A stretch of DNA of 64,000 bases from Candidatus Rifleibacteriota bacterium (GCA_051747585.1 JBNJGH010000002.1:1684-65683); one strand, 5' to 3'. Counted from the first letter of the stretch, positions 35,909 to 46,557 are shown. Program-made: numbers and translations. Notes: generated from the letters alone by a model not told the origin.

Positions 35909-37918
35909 TTATTTAACCAGGGTTCTGACCTGAAGCGGGATTATTTGCCCCGGCTTAACTTGGATGTTTTCTGCAAAGCTTTTATCGACCTGGTTTCTTT
36001 GGCTTAAGCCGTATTTAAGTTTGAATACTTCAATAAAACCATTAAGATTAAAAAGATTAACACCTTCAGGCTGAGTGTTATTCGGTTGAGAGGAATCGGA
36101 TTCGACAAGTTGAAAACCAATGTTAAGAGTATAGCTCCCGGGTTCAAGATCATAAGGTATGATCAGGCTTCTTTTTATCATTAGTTCAATTTTATTTTTT
36201 GCTTTTAGAAGAGGCTGTGCAGTAAAGTCAGCCGGAGAATGACAATCCTGTCCTACCAGTAGATTATGACGGTAAATTTTATTTCCATCGCGGTCGGATA
36301 AAAAAGCCCATATTGTTAGATTTTTAAAATCTTGAACTTTGCCCGAAAAAGCGTAACTGTAAGCTAAGGGCTCACCCGGGTTAACCTCGGAATCTATTAA
36401 CGAAAGCTTGGGAAGTAAAAGTCGGCTGTTTTTGATCTCAATTTTCTTATGCACTTTACTCTCTTTTAAAAGTTTTTGAGGAAAAGTTGCTCTGGCAATA
36501 CGATAACTATACCCATCAGCAGGCAATGAAAAAGAAGCAACAAGTTTAGCTGCTGCCTCCTCAGGGTAAATTAAAGTGGAAAAAACACCGCTTACCGCTT
36601 TTCTTTGCAAAAGAGAATCAATCTGGCGAAGCTCTTTATTTTCAATGGCATCTACTAATTGCACCCCAACATCAGGTCTGAAATTTTGCGTCAGCCTCAG
36701 GTAATAATATGGACGGAACTCGACATCATTACTCATTAAAACCACTGCTTTTGAGGGTATAGAAGAAAACATTCTCTTACAGTATTCAACAGGTTCGCTG
36801 TCAGGTGGTTTACGCTCATGCAAGTTATTGACAAATGCCAGCAAAATTACCAGCAGGCAGCTGAATATATAGAGCTTCGAATTTTTTATCGAATTCAGAG
36901 TAAATGCTGCCAGGCCACAAAGGGCCATAATTGATGGCAGCAACATGGAATGCGCCTCAAAAGCGTTATAGTTTAAAACAAAAATAAGGTTAAGCATTCC
37001 GATAAATACAAAGGCTTTTTTTAAAGGTTCGTAACCCGATTTGATAAATAATGCAATCATTGCAAGCGGCAAGATAAAAGGACCGGAGTCAAATACAATA
37101 AAGCGGAAAAAATATAGAAATCTATTTAAAACCTCAGCAAATGAAAACGTAAAAAGCCCGCCCTGATAAACAGTTCCGGTAAACACACGCAAAAAGCCGA
37201 ATAAACCTTTACCAATCATTGGATCGAGTAAAACTCGCGAATTACTCTGGAGGCGAAAAAATAAGTCGAGGCTGGGTATCAAGCCTGCAAACAAACCAAA
37301 AGAAAACCACTTGATACTCAGCTTCTTTAAAGGCTGGGTTCGAACACTGATAAAAAATAATAAAGCAGGAATGTATAAAGCAAAGGTTGGTCGGTGTCCG
37401 ACACCAATAGCTCCGGCTAATCCGGCAAAAAAAGCGGTTTTATTTGAATTTGAATTCTCGGCTAAAAGAATGCCTGCCAAAAGCCCCAGAATGATAAAAA
37501 ATACTTCGAGGCAGTAAACTTCAATACTAACAGCCTGATCGTAAAAGGTGCGGCTGGCCATCAGGGTAGATAGGGCAGCTATTGCAGCTAAACTTCGAAT
37601 TTTTACTCTTGCTGTTAGAAAAGCAAAAGCCAACAGGGCTGTAATCGCAGTAAAAGCAGATAACAGATTCATTTTCCAGGCCGGCCCCTGATCAATCGGA
37701 AGATTAACAAACCAGTTTCCCAATCTTGTTAGAAGCGGGTAACCCGGTGCGTGGGGAACATCCAGGGTCAGGGCGGCAACTACAAATTCTCCGGAATTAT
37801 ACCAGCCAATATTATTGGTGATATCTGGCAAATAGAGAACTGAAGTTGCTAAAAGAGTAAAAATCCAAACCCATTTATTTTTAATAAAAAAGCTCTTGTC
37901 TTCTTTATTTAATTTCAT
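35909..37918 (-). CDS. DUF2723 / TMEM260-like polytopic membrane protein (putative glycosyltransferase-fold, PMT-like) with a C-terminal soluble domain.
   Basis: N-terminal signature WYNSGEFVVAALTLDVPHAPGYPLLT (the D/N-x-GEF ... H-P-P-G-Y-P-L motif of DUF2723), followed by >10 predicted TM helices. Confidence 0.55.
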   Translation of the reverse strand: MKLNKEDKSFFIKNKWVWIFTLLATSVLYLPDITNNIGWYNSGEFVVAALTLDVPHAPGYPLLTRLGNWFVNLPIDQGPAWKMNLLSAFTAITALLAFAFLTARVKIRSLAAIAALSTLMASRTFYDQAVSIEVYCLEVFFIILGLLAGILLAENSNSNKTAFFAGLAGAIGVGHRPTFALYIPALLFFISVRTQPLKKLSIKWFSFGLFAGLIPSLDLFFRLQSNSRVLLDPMIGKGLFGFLRVFTGTVYQGGLFTFSFAEVLNRFLYFFRFIVFDSGPFILPLAMIALFIKSGYEPLKKAFVFIGMLNLIFVLNYNAFEAHSMLLPSIMALCGLAAFTLNSIKNSKLYIFSCLLVILLAFVNNLHERKPPDSEPVEYCKRMFSSIPSKAVVLMSNDVEFRPYYYLRLTQNFRPDVGVQLVDAIENKELRQIDSLLQRKAVSGVFSTLIYPEEAAAKLVASFSLPADGYSYRIARATFPQKLLKESKVHKKIEIKNSRLLLPKLSLIDSEVNPGEPLAYSYAFSGKVQDFKNLTIWAFLSDRDGNKIYRHNLLVGQDCHSPADFTAQPLLKAKNKIELMIKRSLIIPYDLEPGSYTLNIGFQLVESDSSQPNNTQPEGVNLFNLNGFIEVFKLKYGLSQRNQVDKSFAENIQVKPGQIIPLQVRTLVK

Positions 37919-38823
37919 GCTCCACTCTCAATTTGAGCAAATATTTCGGAAAAAGATTTCCCATCATCGGGGAATACAACAGTCTTAAACTCGAGGTCAG
38001 AATATAAATTTCTGCCCTCTTCAAAATCAAGTAATACCTGATTGAGATTATCGGTAATACGGGCCTGAAATCTCAAAGCCCCTTTTCTGCCTGTTTCGGG
38101 TATCATAATAAGCATCGACTCCTGATTAAACCTGCAGATCATGTCAGTTTCACGAATAAATCGCTCAAGAACCACGCCCATTTTTTTTACAAGTTCAGTT
38201 TCAAGCTTATTAAAGTCTTTTTCGTCATTTTTTGGAGTATCGAGCTTAAAATGCACCTGCTTTAAGTTAATGAGCAGAAAAGAAACAGAATTTTTTTCCT
38301 TTAAAGATCTGCTTAAAAGATTTTTCATGCAGTCAAGAAAGTATTCTCGCGAATATAGTTTACTTGAACTATCTACAACGTTTCTTTCAATTATGTGTAA
38401 TTTCTTGTTAGTTGCTCGAATACGATTGTTAAGCTCTTTCATTATTCCAAGTGCAACCATGGGAAACTCGCTGATAAGATCGCAGAATTCTCCCTTACGT
38501 AAGACCAACAAAAGGCTGTTCTTTTCTGCCATTGCTGAAGCCGCACGGGGCTTATCATCATAAAGCCCCATTTCGCCGAAGAAAGTTCCTCTCGAAAAGC
38601 TTGCCAAAGGCTTGATTGCAGGAGGTCGGCCGGTAAAAACAGAAATCTGCCCCTCAACTACCAGATACATACAGTCGCCAAAATCACCTTCAGAGAAAAG
38701 TATTTCACCAGCAGAAAAATTTTCTTCGGAAATAACCTCAGCTACTTTTCTAAGCTCATAACTGGTTAAGCTGCTGAAAATAGAAATTTTCTTTAAAAAC
38801 AATATTCTTTCAATAATTATCAT
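37915..38823 (-). CDS. Cyclic-nucleotide-binding (cNMP/CAP-family) domain fused to a degenerate GGDEF domain (GGDEF replaced by FNQES).
   Basis: The N-terminal cNMP domain has FSAGEILFSEGDFGDCMYLVVEG...FFGEMGLYDDKPRAASAMA. The C-terminal segment RFNQESMLIMIPETGRKGALRFQARI aligns to RYGGEEFAVLLPETDLEGALALAERI of active diguanylate cyclases. Confidence 0.55.
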   Translation of the reverse strand: MIIIERILFLKKISIFSSLTSYELRKVAEVISEENFSAGEILFSEGDFGDCMYLVVEGQISVFTGRPPAIKPLASFSRGTFFGEMGLYDDKPRAASAMAEKNSLLLVLRKGEFCDLISEFPMVALGIMKELNNRIRATNKKLHIIERNVVDSSSKLYSREYFLDCMKNLLSRSLKEKNSVSFLLINLKQVHFKLDTPKNDEKDFNKLETELVKKMGVVLERFIRETDMICRFNQESMLIMIPETGRKGALRFQARITDNLNQVLLDFEEGRNLYSDLEFKTVVFPDDGKSFSEIFAQIESGA

Positions 38824-38829
38824 ATATAT

Positions 38830-41628
38830 TTATCGCCTGACTTCTACCGGACTGATCTCAAGCCGAGACAAGGCCCATTCACAGGTTTCTTTTAATGAAT
38901 GATTAACAGCCGGCATCATTTTAATATTTTTTACAACTGGAATAAACTCAGAAATACCTAAATATGCAGCAGTAAAAACTGCAGCTTCTTTAAAGAGAAT
39001 ATTATTATGGTTCAAATACTTACCAATAATGATTTTTGCTTCCTTATTTTGAATACCAAAAACTTTGAATCCGTAAGCAGCAATATGCTGAAGTGAAATC
39101 TGCTCGAGTATGGGAATAATATGATAAACAAGTTGTCTTTCCCCCATATTCTGCAGAACTTCAATTGCATTGCTTATCAGCTCTTCATCTGTAGAATACA
39201 GGCTTTTAAACAAATCACGGGCTTCCCTGCTCTGTTCGGGTGCAACCAGACAAACAATAAGTCTGGTAAGCGCCCAGGCTTTTTCGTTTAACAACATTCT
39301 CAGGTAAATTGTTTTTTCGCTGCCGAAATCTCGCATAAGAATGTATTCTTCTACCTTGTATTCATAAAGTTCCTGAATAATTTTCTGACCGTAAAGATGC
39401 AGATAATCTCTTATAGAGGAATCCTGAGATACTGCAAGAATTCCGCCAACCACAGCTTTAGCGTGCAAAGAAGTTTCGGGGCTTTCAAGAACAGTAATAA
39501 GCTGGGAAAACATATCGTCATAATGCGACACCAGAATGTCTTGAGCCTTTTTTCTATTACGAGGACTTGAGTCTGAAAGACCTTCTACAACCAGATAAAA
39601 CCATTTCGGTTCTGTAAGTCGTTGTAAAATTTTAAGACCGGTAAATCTAATTTCTCGATTAGAGTCGCTAATCATACTGCTTATTACATCGTAGAGTTCA
39701 TCTGTTTCTGCATTACTCACCACTTTTTCAATGGCTTGCGCCGCCGCTTTGCGAATTGCCGTATCGCGACTGTTTATAAAAGGCTTGAGATTGACCCAAA
39801 AGCGCTCGTCTCCTGTATATCCCAATACCTCAACTCCCTTAATCAGTTCATCTTCATCAGAACTGTTGATTGATGCCTGTAAAATTTTTAACGATTGAAC
39901 CATCTGATCCAGGTCACCTATTCTAGCGAGTATTACAGCAGCAAGTCTCTGGCATTCAAAATCTTCCCCATTTAAAAAGGGTTTCACCCTTTCCCGCAAT
40001 GCGGCTGACGCCGGGAACCTGGTAAGAGATTTAAGTGCCATTTTATTTAGTAATTGATTATTTTCATCAATACAATCGAACAAAAATTTCATAGAAAGCT
40101 GATCAACAGGTAAAATTGCCTTGTTTAAAATCTCAGCTTTTTTGCCGGCAACATAATTTTTTATAGTATTAAACAGTTTCTTACGATTCACCGGATCACC
40201 ATTAGTAATTATCAACTGAACAATAAGACAAGCTGTTTCGGTATCGGCTCTTTCGAGACGGTCGAGTAAAAACTGCATGGTATTCTGGTCTAAAGATAGC
40301 TTTTTTAAATCACTTCTGCTTTTAAAATCAAGTTCAGAACTTTTTAGTAATTTTAATAATCCGTCACGGTATGGCTTTTTCATTAGTACAGATAAAATTA
40401 TCCAAGCTACTCCGACAAACACCGGTAAAGTTTTTACCAACTGAGGATAAGAATTGGCATACAAAAGTAAAATACCTGTAAAAACTGTGCCAAGAGGCAA
40501 CAAAACACCTTCATTAATGGTAATTATTCTAGCTTTTTCTTTAACGGGCAATGCATTGTAAAAAAGGTTGTTAACCGGCTGAAACAAAGCATCGCTTAGT
40601 CCTCCATTAACAAATTTAAGCCAGATGCCCGAAGACAGCGAAAAGGAAAAAAGAGTGCCACTGAAACCTGTGGTAACAAGTACCGGAAAAATAAAATTAG
40701 TATTTCCGATACCAAGTCTTTGAATTAAGTTTCCGGTTATTAAACTCTGAAAAAGAAAAGCAAGTAAACTGGAAAAAACAATAAAGTAGCCATAAAATTG
40801 AGCAAGTGAATTTTCATCGGCAAAATGTCTGTTAAAAATTTCTGCACACTGAAATTCTGCCAGGTAAAACGCAATCGTAGAAAAAACCGATGCGCACACC
40901 AAATAAAGAACCAGGCGGGATTCGAACAAAGAAGTTAAGAATTTCTTTATTTTCTCCAGAAGAGGTGTTTTTTTTCTCTGTGAATGCTGACTTATAAAAG
41001 TTTTGATTTGCGGTTTTAGAAAGCTTTTACTTCCAACTGCAAACACCAGAAACCCTAAAACATGAATAAACAACCAATACCATAAAATCACCGGTAACGC
41101 ATATTGATCAGCCAACCAGGCAAGACTGGTGCCCGCAGCAATTCGACCGGCAACTACTCCGGTAAAAATAAGAGGAACCAGGCGCTTACCTTTGAGCGAA
41201 TTAAATTGAGTGCCTATTAGAACAGAGAAAATAACAGGCATAACAAATTGCATTGTATTGGCAATTAAATAAAGACAATAAAAGCTGAAGTTCAGAAAAA
41301 TGAAATCTTGTGCCTTCAATACCAGCTGAATACAGAGAAAAATTAAAATTGCCGAGACGACTCCACCGACAAGTGTTACCTGTCTTTTTTCTCTTTTACC
41401 CTGCAAAAAGGTTAGCGCCAGGCTTAAAGGAATTGCAGCCAGGGCACATATTATAAACATAACCGGCAACTGCTCATAACCAACTCTCTTAATAAAAAGT
41501 GAGTCTGAGGTGGCATCTCCTAGGCCGAGTGCATACCAGTTAAAAAAGATGAAAAACCAGAAAAAGCCGGTTTCTTTCCATTCCCCGGCTCTTATATTCA
41601 ATACTGATTCTATTCTATTGATAATCAT
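38830..41628 (-). CDS. 932-aa fusion of a ~12-TM transporter domain (TLC/ATP:ADP-antiporter-like or MFS-like) with a C-terminal HEAT/PBS-lyase-type repeat domain.
   Basis: The N-terminus FFIFFNWYALGLGDATSDSLFIKRVGYEQLPVMF resembles the TLC-family start (LMFFxILFNYTILRDTKDVLVV...). About 440 aa of TM helices are followed by ~480 aa of repeated alpha-helical HEAT-like units (e.g. AAVILARIGDLDQMVQSLKIL, NREIRFTGLKILQRLTEPKW). Confidence 0.45.
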   Translation of the reverse strand: MIINRIESVLNIRAGEWKETGFFWFFIFFNWYALGLGDATSDSLFIKRVGYEQLPVMFIICALAAIPLSLALTFLQGKREKRQVTLVGGVVSAILIFLCIQLVLKAQDFIFLNFSFYCLYLIANTMQFVMPVIFSVLIGTQFNSLKGKRLVPLIFTGVVAGRIAAGTSLAWLADQYALPVILWYWLFIHVLGFLVFAVGSKSFLKPQIKTFISQHSQRKKTPLLEKIKKFLTSLFESRLVLYLVCASVFSTIAFYLAEFQCAEIFNRHFADENSLAQFYGYFIVFSSLLAFLFQSLITGNLIQRLGIGNTNFIFPVLVTTGFSGTLFSFSLSSGIWLKFVNGGLSDALFQPVNNLFYNALPVKEKARIITINEGVLLPLGTVFTGILLLYANSYPQLVKTLPVFVGVAWIILSVLMKKPYRDGLLKLLKSSELDFKSRSDLKKLSLDQNTMQFLLDRLERADTETACLIVQLIITNGDPVNRKKLFNTIKNYVAGKKAEILNKAILPVDQLSMKFLFDCIDENNQLLNKMALKSLTRFPASAALRERVKPFLNGEDFECQRLAAVILARIGDLDQMVQSLKILQASINSSDEDELIKGVEVLGYTGDERFWVNLKPFINSRDTAIRKAAAQAIEKVVSNAETDELYDVISSMISDSNREIRFTGLKILQRLTEPKWFYLVVEGLSDSSPRNRKKAQDILVSHYDDMFSQLITVLESPETSLHAKAVVGGILAVSQDSSIRDYLHLYGQKIIQELYEYKVEEYILMRDFGSEKTIYLRMLLNEKAWALTRLIVCLVAPEQSREARDLFKSLYSTDEELISNAIEVLQNMGERQLVYHIIPILEQISLQHIAAYGFKVFGIQNKEAKIIIGKYLNHNNILFKEAAVFTAAYLGISEFIPVVKNIKMMPAVNHSLKETCEWALSRLEISPVEVRR

Positions 41629-41653
41629 TCGATTTTCATTTTATTGAAATTAT

Positions 41654-44600
41654 TTACCAGAATTTCCAATCATAACGCACACCGATACGTTTGTCTTTTT
41701 CAGGTTCTTCAAACTCAAGATTTACAACAAACCCCCTTGGCAACCTGTATTCAAAAATAAAAGTTTCTTCATCTTTTTCATCCAGAGTACCTTCATAGGC
41801 CATAAAAATATTGTTTCCAATATATTTACCGGCTCGTATAAATGAACGGCTTTTTCCTTCTGTTCTATCATATAACGAGGTTAAAAATAACTCATCAAGA
41901 TTTAAAGCGGTAGAAATTGTTGTTCCAATCAAAGCAGAAATATATGAGTTTTTAAGACCTTCAAGAATTTCATCTTCAAACAGAGAGCCGGAATCAGCTT
42001 CCATTGTAGAACTCAAATCGCGACCAAAAGTCAACATGGCCAGCAAATCAGCTTCGGACATCGGAGGTGAAGAATAAATTTTGGGAGTGAACGAAGAAAC
42101 CCTGCCTTGGAGTGTTAAATAAACCTGAGTATTTTGAACCCGTCCTTCAGATTTAATAAAGATCTGGGGATCCAAGGTATTATCTACTCCACCAAAGTTA
42201 ATTTCACCGGTATCGATACGAAATTTTCGCCTTTGAAAGAATAGCCAGCCCTGAACTGTAGAAATTCCACCTTCTAGATTTACATTTTCAAGGTCACCAA
42301 TTATTGAAAATTTTCCCCGCATTTCTGAATTTAGAAACGAGCTTTTAATCCAGAAATTCCTGGGAACTTCGACATTGACTTTGTATTTTAGTGAATTAAA
42401 AAATAGATCGAGGCCCGGACGATCTTTAAGTAAATCGGTGTTTATTAAAAATTTACCACGAGGAACAAACACATCCCCATAAATCTCAGGGTTATAAAGG
42501 TTTCCACCCAATGTAAAGCTTGCGCTGGCGCGGTTAATTTCAAAATTCAAAAAGGAAAAATCAATGTCATTGCCAGAAATTTGAGCGGTAATAGAGCCGG
42601 GACCATCTCTAAAGTTAATTTCCCCTTCGCCTGCTATTTCTCCCCTTCCGAGATTTCCTTCCAGTTGGTCAATATTGATAATGCTGTCATCTGTCGATAA
42701 AACAAGCTTAACATTCTTAAATGGCTTTCTCATACCCGAAATTCCCAACTCATCAGCATCGACGTTTAAGGCTCCGGTTATTTGCGGACTTTCCGGTTTA
42801 CCCTCAAGTCGTAAGTCTGCTTTTATTGTACCGCTTGCCTGTCTAAAAACAGATGGCAGAAAATCAGGCAAGTCACTGATTGGCCCCTGGGGTATATTCA
42901 ACTGCATCTGAATATCTTTGATTTTAGTATAATCTTTTAAATCGAGCTCTCCTTGCATGTTAAAGGAGTTTTGCGGCAATTCTACTTTGAAATTTTCGAC
43001 CCGCAGCTTTCTGGTATCACCTGAAACCTTTGCAGTAATTTCAGGTATTTTTCTTCCCTGAATATCAAGTTGTGCAATTTTCGCGTCGGCCCTCAGACTC
43101 AGGTCAGGTAATCGGCCAAAAATAGAAGCATCGAGAGATAATTCTCCATCATAGCCCCGCTCTGGAAAATCAAAAAGACTACCGAGAGCCTTAACAGAAA
43201 AATCCCGCCCTTTAATCATTAAAGCAGTTTCTTCGCCCGGTTTAAAGGTTCCTTCTATACCAAGGATTCCCTGGCGATATTTCAATTCAAGTGATCTAAC
43301 TTCAAGATTGTTATTCTGATATTTCAGCTGCATTGGACGATTGGATACAATTACATTGTTCTCTTTCTGAATTTTTATCGAATCAAGCTGCATCTCTATA
43401 ACATCCGGGGTAAGCGAAGCTAGATCTCCGCTTATAAGACATTGCCCGTCAACAATCAGACCGCCGTAATCTATAGCTTTAAAGCCGTGTGCCTTAGACA
43501 AAAAAGATAAATCTACATCTTTAAGTTGCAAATCTGCTTGATAAGGCTTTCTTCCAGTCCAGAAAATATTACCGTCGAGACTTATGCCAAGTTTATCAAA
43601 TTCTGCCCGGGCAATTTTCAATTCACGCTTGTCTACTATTACTTCAGCCCCGAGATTACCAAGATCTCTTTCTCCGACTCTTATTTTATCGCCGAAAAGA
43701 GTAAAATATCCTTTTTTGTCAGCGCCATCCCATTCTATGTCGCCCTGGCAATTAACTTCACCATGAACTTCCGGCAGATATTCTTTTAAAATATTTATTC
43801 GGTCGAGATAAATCGATTCGGCCTTAACCGATCCATCAAATTGATCAAATCCAAGCACCTGACCTCTTAAATGAATTTTTCCGCCAAAAGCTCTTATAAA
43901 TAAATTTCTTATCTCTCCCTGATTCCCCCAGATACTTCCTTCTAGAAATGCGGTATCGAGCTCATGATTCATGAAATTCAACTTTCGCCCATCTACCAAA
44001 AAGGCCCAGTAATCTTCTTCGCGTTGCCCGTCGAAAGAAACACTTCCCGAGATATTGCCGGTAATTGGGGTCTCTTTTTGATTTTCAGGAAAAAGACTTT
44101 TAAGAAATTCAACCGATAAACCCTGAAAATTAAATTTAAAACTGCGGGTGTTTCCAGAAACCAGATTCAGAGAGTAAAACCCATCTATCATACCGGCTGA
44201 TTCAGGTGTTATAACCAGAGGTGAAAGATTGAGAATGTTATCTTTAAACTTCAGATTTGCTTTGAATGAATCTATGTTTTGCTGCATTAAGAAAAGATTT
44301 GTACCAAAAAGATTGCCTTCTAATTCCGGGCTATTAAGAGGACCTGAGGCACCCGCCTCCAGATAAGCACTACCCGATGCAATATGCTGAGGCACCCCAA
44401 AAGAAGATAAAGCAACATTATTAATTTTTACATCTGCATCAATTTTTTCGGTGGCAAGAGTACCGTCAAGCTTTATAAAGCTATTTTCAGCAAATGAAGC
44501 CACAGGATTCTTAATAATCCAATTTTTTCCTTTTCCTTTAATAGTTCCTGATACTTTTTGAGGTTTTAGAGTAAAAAATACAGCCTTTTGAATTAAAATA

Positions 44601-46072
44601 TCGATAAAATATTCGGTATTCTGAGGAGCAAAAAGATCGAGATTCAATTTAAAATTGCCGGAGCAGATACCTTCGAGAGGAAAATCCAGATATTTTTTAA
44701 TGTTATCAAGATTTATCGAATTTAGAGAGCCACTGACAATTCCCTGTCCCAGATTTTCTTTTTTTAAAGAGATGGTCGAACTGGCCTTGTAATTACCGGC
44801 ATCTGAAGTTACTTTTGCCATTGTCTTCAAATTGTTTTTAGAATTGAGTTCCCAGGTTAAGTCAGCATTATTGATAGTATTTTTATAAATTTCCCAGTCC
44901 GCAAGCCTGGCGCTGCCAGAACCAATTATCTGCTCTACACTTCCAGTAAATTTACCGTTGAAATCTATATTACCTGGTTGAATTGCCGGCAAATCAAAAG
45001 AAAAGAAGTTAAAAATTTCATCTGACGGTTTGAAGTTTTTTATATCAACATTGGCTGACAGCTCTTTTGATCTACCAGAATTATTTACTGTCAAAGGCCA
45101 GGTCGCAACAATGTCAATACCGGTATGTTTTTTTTGGCAGTTAAAGCTAAAGTTCCACGGTCCTTGTTCACTTTTTTGAGCTTCAAAATTTAACGGGCCT
45201 TCTAGATCTGTCCAGGAGAAATGGTCTGTAATCAGGCTGACATTGCCCTTTAATTCCTGATAAAAAAGTTTTTTCAAATTTTCAGCAGGATCTTTGAGCC
45301 GTGCAACCAGGTCTCCAGTCCAGTCTAGATTGATTTCTACCTTACCTTTGCCAATTTCAATATCGTAAAAATGCTTGACCAGGGTTAGCGGAGTAAACAT
45401 AGCAAGGTTATCGTGCTTCCATAAAAATCTTACCCTTGATTCTCCCTGGTTAAGATTGATTATTGCTTTTAATTTTGCCTTCCCTCCAAAGGGCCCATTC
45501 TTTATTTCGGCCCCAAGGTCTGCCGTACCGTTATTTTTTAAAAGAAAGGAGGAAAATTCAGGAAAGGAATATAAAGCGCTGCTGGTTTTAAATTGAAGAT
45601 TGTTAATCTGAACCTCTGAAGCTGGTATTTTACTTATAGGATTAATATTATCATTGTCGGACAGAGGTCTTGGAGCATTTAAATCAAAGGTAACACCTCC
45701 AAGTTCGATTCTTTCGATAACTGCCCTGGCATAAAAATAATCAAGAATTCCAGTACCTGAAGCCAGATAGACATCGGCTTTTTTCACTTTTATAAAAGGC
45801 AACTTGCCGGGGATTTGCACAACAAGGTCTGTAGTTTTAATTGTGTGACGAGAAACAAAGAATTTTGCTTTTGAAACCTTGAAATCTATATTGTGAAATG
45901 TGCTGCTATAGTCTCTTATACGGTTAATTAGAAAATTGGGAATGGTAAATGAATGTTGATAGGCATAATAGATCAGCCCTGAAATTCCAACTGAGCAGAC
46001 AATTAAAATAAGAAAAAGTATTCTTATTCTTCTAATCAGCTTTTTTTTCATTGTTTTGCTCATTCTCTGCAA
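41654..46072 (-). CDS. Giant (1472 aa) AsmA/TamB-family-like envelope protein (N-terminal signal anchor, long beta-rich periplasmic domain).
   Basis: A single N-terminal TM helix (LIRRIRILFLILIVCSVGISGLIYYAY) is followed by >1400 aa with a repetitive beta-strand character (alternating G/N/D-rich turns). The size and architecture are typical of TamB/AsmA/DUF490 proteins. No specific motif was verified. Confidence 0.45.
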   Translation of the reverse strand: MQRMSKTMKKKLIRRIRILFLILIVCSVGISGLIYYAYQHSFTIPNFLINRIRDYSSTFHNIDFKVSKAKFFVSRHTIKTTDLVVQIPGKLPFIKVKKADVYLASGTGILDYFYARAVIERIELGGVTFDLNAPRPLSDNDNINPISKIPASEVQINNLQFKTSSALYSFPEFSSFLLKNNGTADLGAEIKNGPFGGKAKLKAIINLNQGESRVRFLWKHDNLAMFTPLTLVKHFYDIEIGKGKVEINLDWTGDLVARLKDPAENLKKLFYQELKGNVSLITDHFSWTDLEGPLNFEAQKSEQGPWNFSFNCQKKHTGIDIVATWPLTVNNSGRSKELSANVDIKNFKPSDEIFNFFSFDLPAIQPGNIDFNGKFTGSVEQIIGSGSARLADWEIYKNTINNADLTWELNSKNNLKTMAKVTSDAGNYKASSTISLKKENLGQGIVSGSLNSINLDNIKKYLDFPLEGICSGNFKLNLDLFAPQNTEYFIDILIQKAVFFTLKPQKVSGTIKGKGKNWIIKNPVASFAENSFIKLDGTLATEKIDADVKINNVALSSFGVPQHIASGSAYLEAGASGPLNSPELEGNLFGTNLFLMQQNIDSFKANLKFKDNILNLSPLVITPESAGMIDGFYSLNLVSGNTRSFKFNFQGLSVEFLKSLFPENQKETPITGNISGSVSFDGQREEDYWAFLVDGRKLNFMNHELDTAFLEGSIWGNQGEIRNLFIRAFGGKIHLRGQVLGFDQFDGSVKAESIYLDRINILKEYLPEVHGEVNCQGDIEWDGADKKGYFTLFGDKIRVGERDLGNLGAEVIVDKRELKIARAEFDKLGISLDGNIFWTGRKPYQADLQLKDVDLSFLSKAHGFKAIDYGGLIVDGQCLISGDLASLTPDVIEMQLDSIKIQKENNVIVSNRPMQLKYQNNNLEVRSLELKYRQGILGIEGTFKPGEETALMIKGRDFSVKALGSLFDFPERGYDGELSLDASIFGRLPDLSLRADAKIAQLDIQGRKIPEITAKVSGDTRKLRVENFKVELPQNSFNMQGELDLKDYTKIKDIQMQLNIPQGPISDLPDFLPSVFRQASGTIKADLRLEGKPESPQITGALNVDADELGISGMRKPFKNVKLVLSTDDSIINIDQLEGNLGRGEIAGEGEINFRDGPGSITAQISGNDIDFSFLNFEINRASASFTLGGNLYNPEIYGDVFVPRGKFLINTDLLKDRPGLDLFFNSLKYKVNVEVPRNFWIKSSFLNSEMRGKFSIIGDLENVNLEGGISTVQGWLFFQRRKFRIDTGEINFGGVDNTLDPQIFIKSEGRVQNTQVYLTLQGRVSSFTPKIYSSPPMSEADLLAMLTFGRDLSSTMEADSGSLFEDEILEGLKNSYISALIGTTISTALNLDELFLTSLYDRTEGKSRSFIRAGKYIGNNIFMAYEGTLDEKDEETFIFEYRLPRGFVVNLEFEEPEKDKRIGVRYDWKFW

Positions 46073-46454
46073 ACGACGATTTTCCGGAAGATTCTTGCTG
46101 GAATTTCATGTATCTGACGACATGCCCGGGGGTAAAAATCTGTATAATAACGTAAAAGAATGCCGCACCGATCAAACCAAAAGTCAGAGGATCGACAGCA
46201 GCTTTACCAAAAAGATAGACGGCCGAAATAGACAAGCATAAAGACGAATACATCAGAATTTTAGCAAACCACCAGCCAAGCATATTAAACCAACTTTGCC
46301 AGCTATGGTGCAAAATTTTCTTCTTTTCTTTTCTGAATCTAACTAAGAGGTATTCAAATTCAGAACTGCCATCTGCCATTTTTTCCAGAAGCTTTTCAAA
46401 GTCTTCTGGATTTTGACGGTCTTTATTCAATATTTCCCGGATTTTTTTTTCCAA
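46032..46454 (-). CDS. Small membrane protein (two C-terminal TM helices); its 3' end overlaps the start of the TamB-like gene by 41 nt.
   Basis: The hydrophobic segments WFNMLGWWFAKILMYSSLCLSISAVYLF and LTFGLIGAAFFYVIIQIF, plus the overlap, suggest co-transcription. Confidence 0.4.
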   Translation of the reverse strand: MEKKIREILNKDRQNPEDFEKLLEKMADGSSEFEYLLVRFRKEKKKILHHSWQSWFNMLGWWFAKILMYSSLCLSISAVYLFGKAAVDPLTFGLIGAAFFYVIIQIFTPGHVVRYMKFQQESSGKSSFAENEQNNEKKAD

Positions 46455-46513
46455 CTTTTTCTACCATTGCATTAACTATAATACAGCAAAATAATCTCTT
46501 TTTAAATGCTCTT

Positions 46514-46557
46514 TACCTGACTGCCTGAAATTTCAGCAATCTCAAACAGTCAGGTAA
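46514..46557. terminator. Nested hairpin between the SNF stop and the small membrane protein start. The outer stem is 11 bp (ttacctgactg / cagtcaggtaa) and the inner palindrome is ctgaaatttcag.
   Basis: Read directly from the sequence. There is no clean T-tract, so it may act as an attenuator or an RNA-processing structure rather than a simple terminator. Confidence 0.35.
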
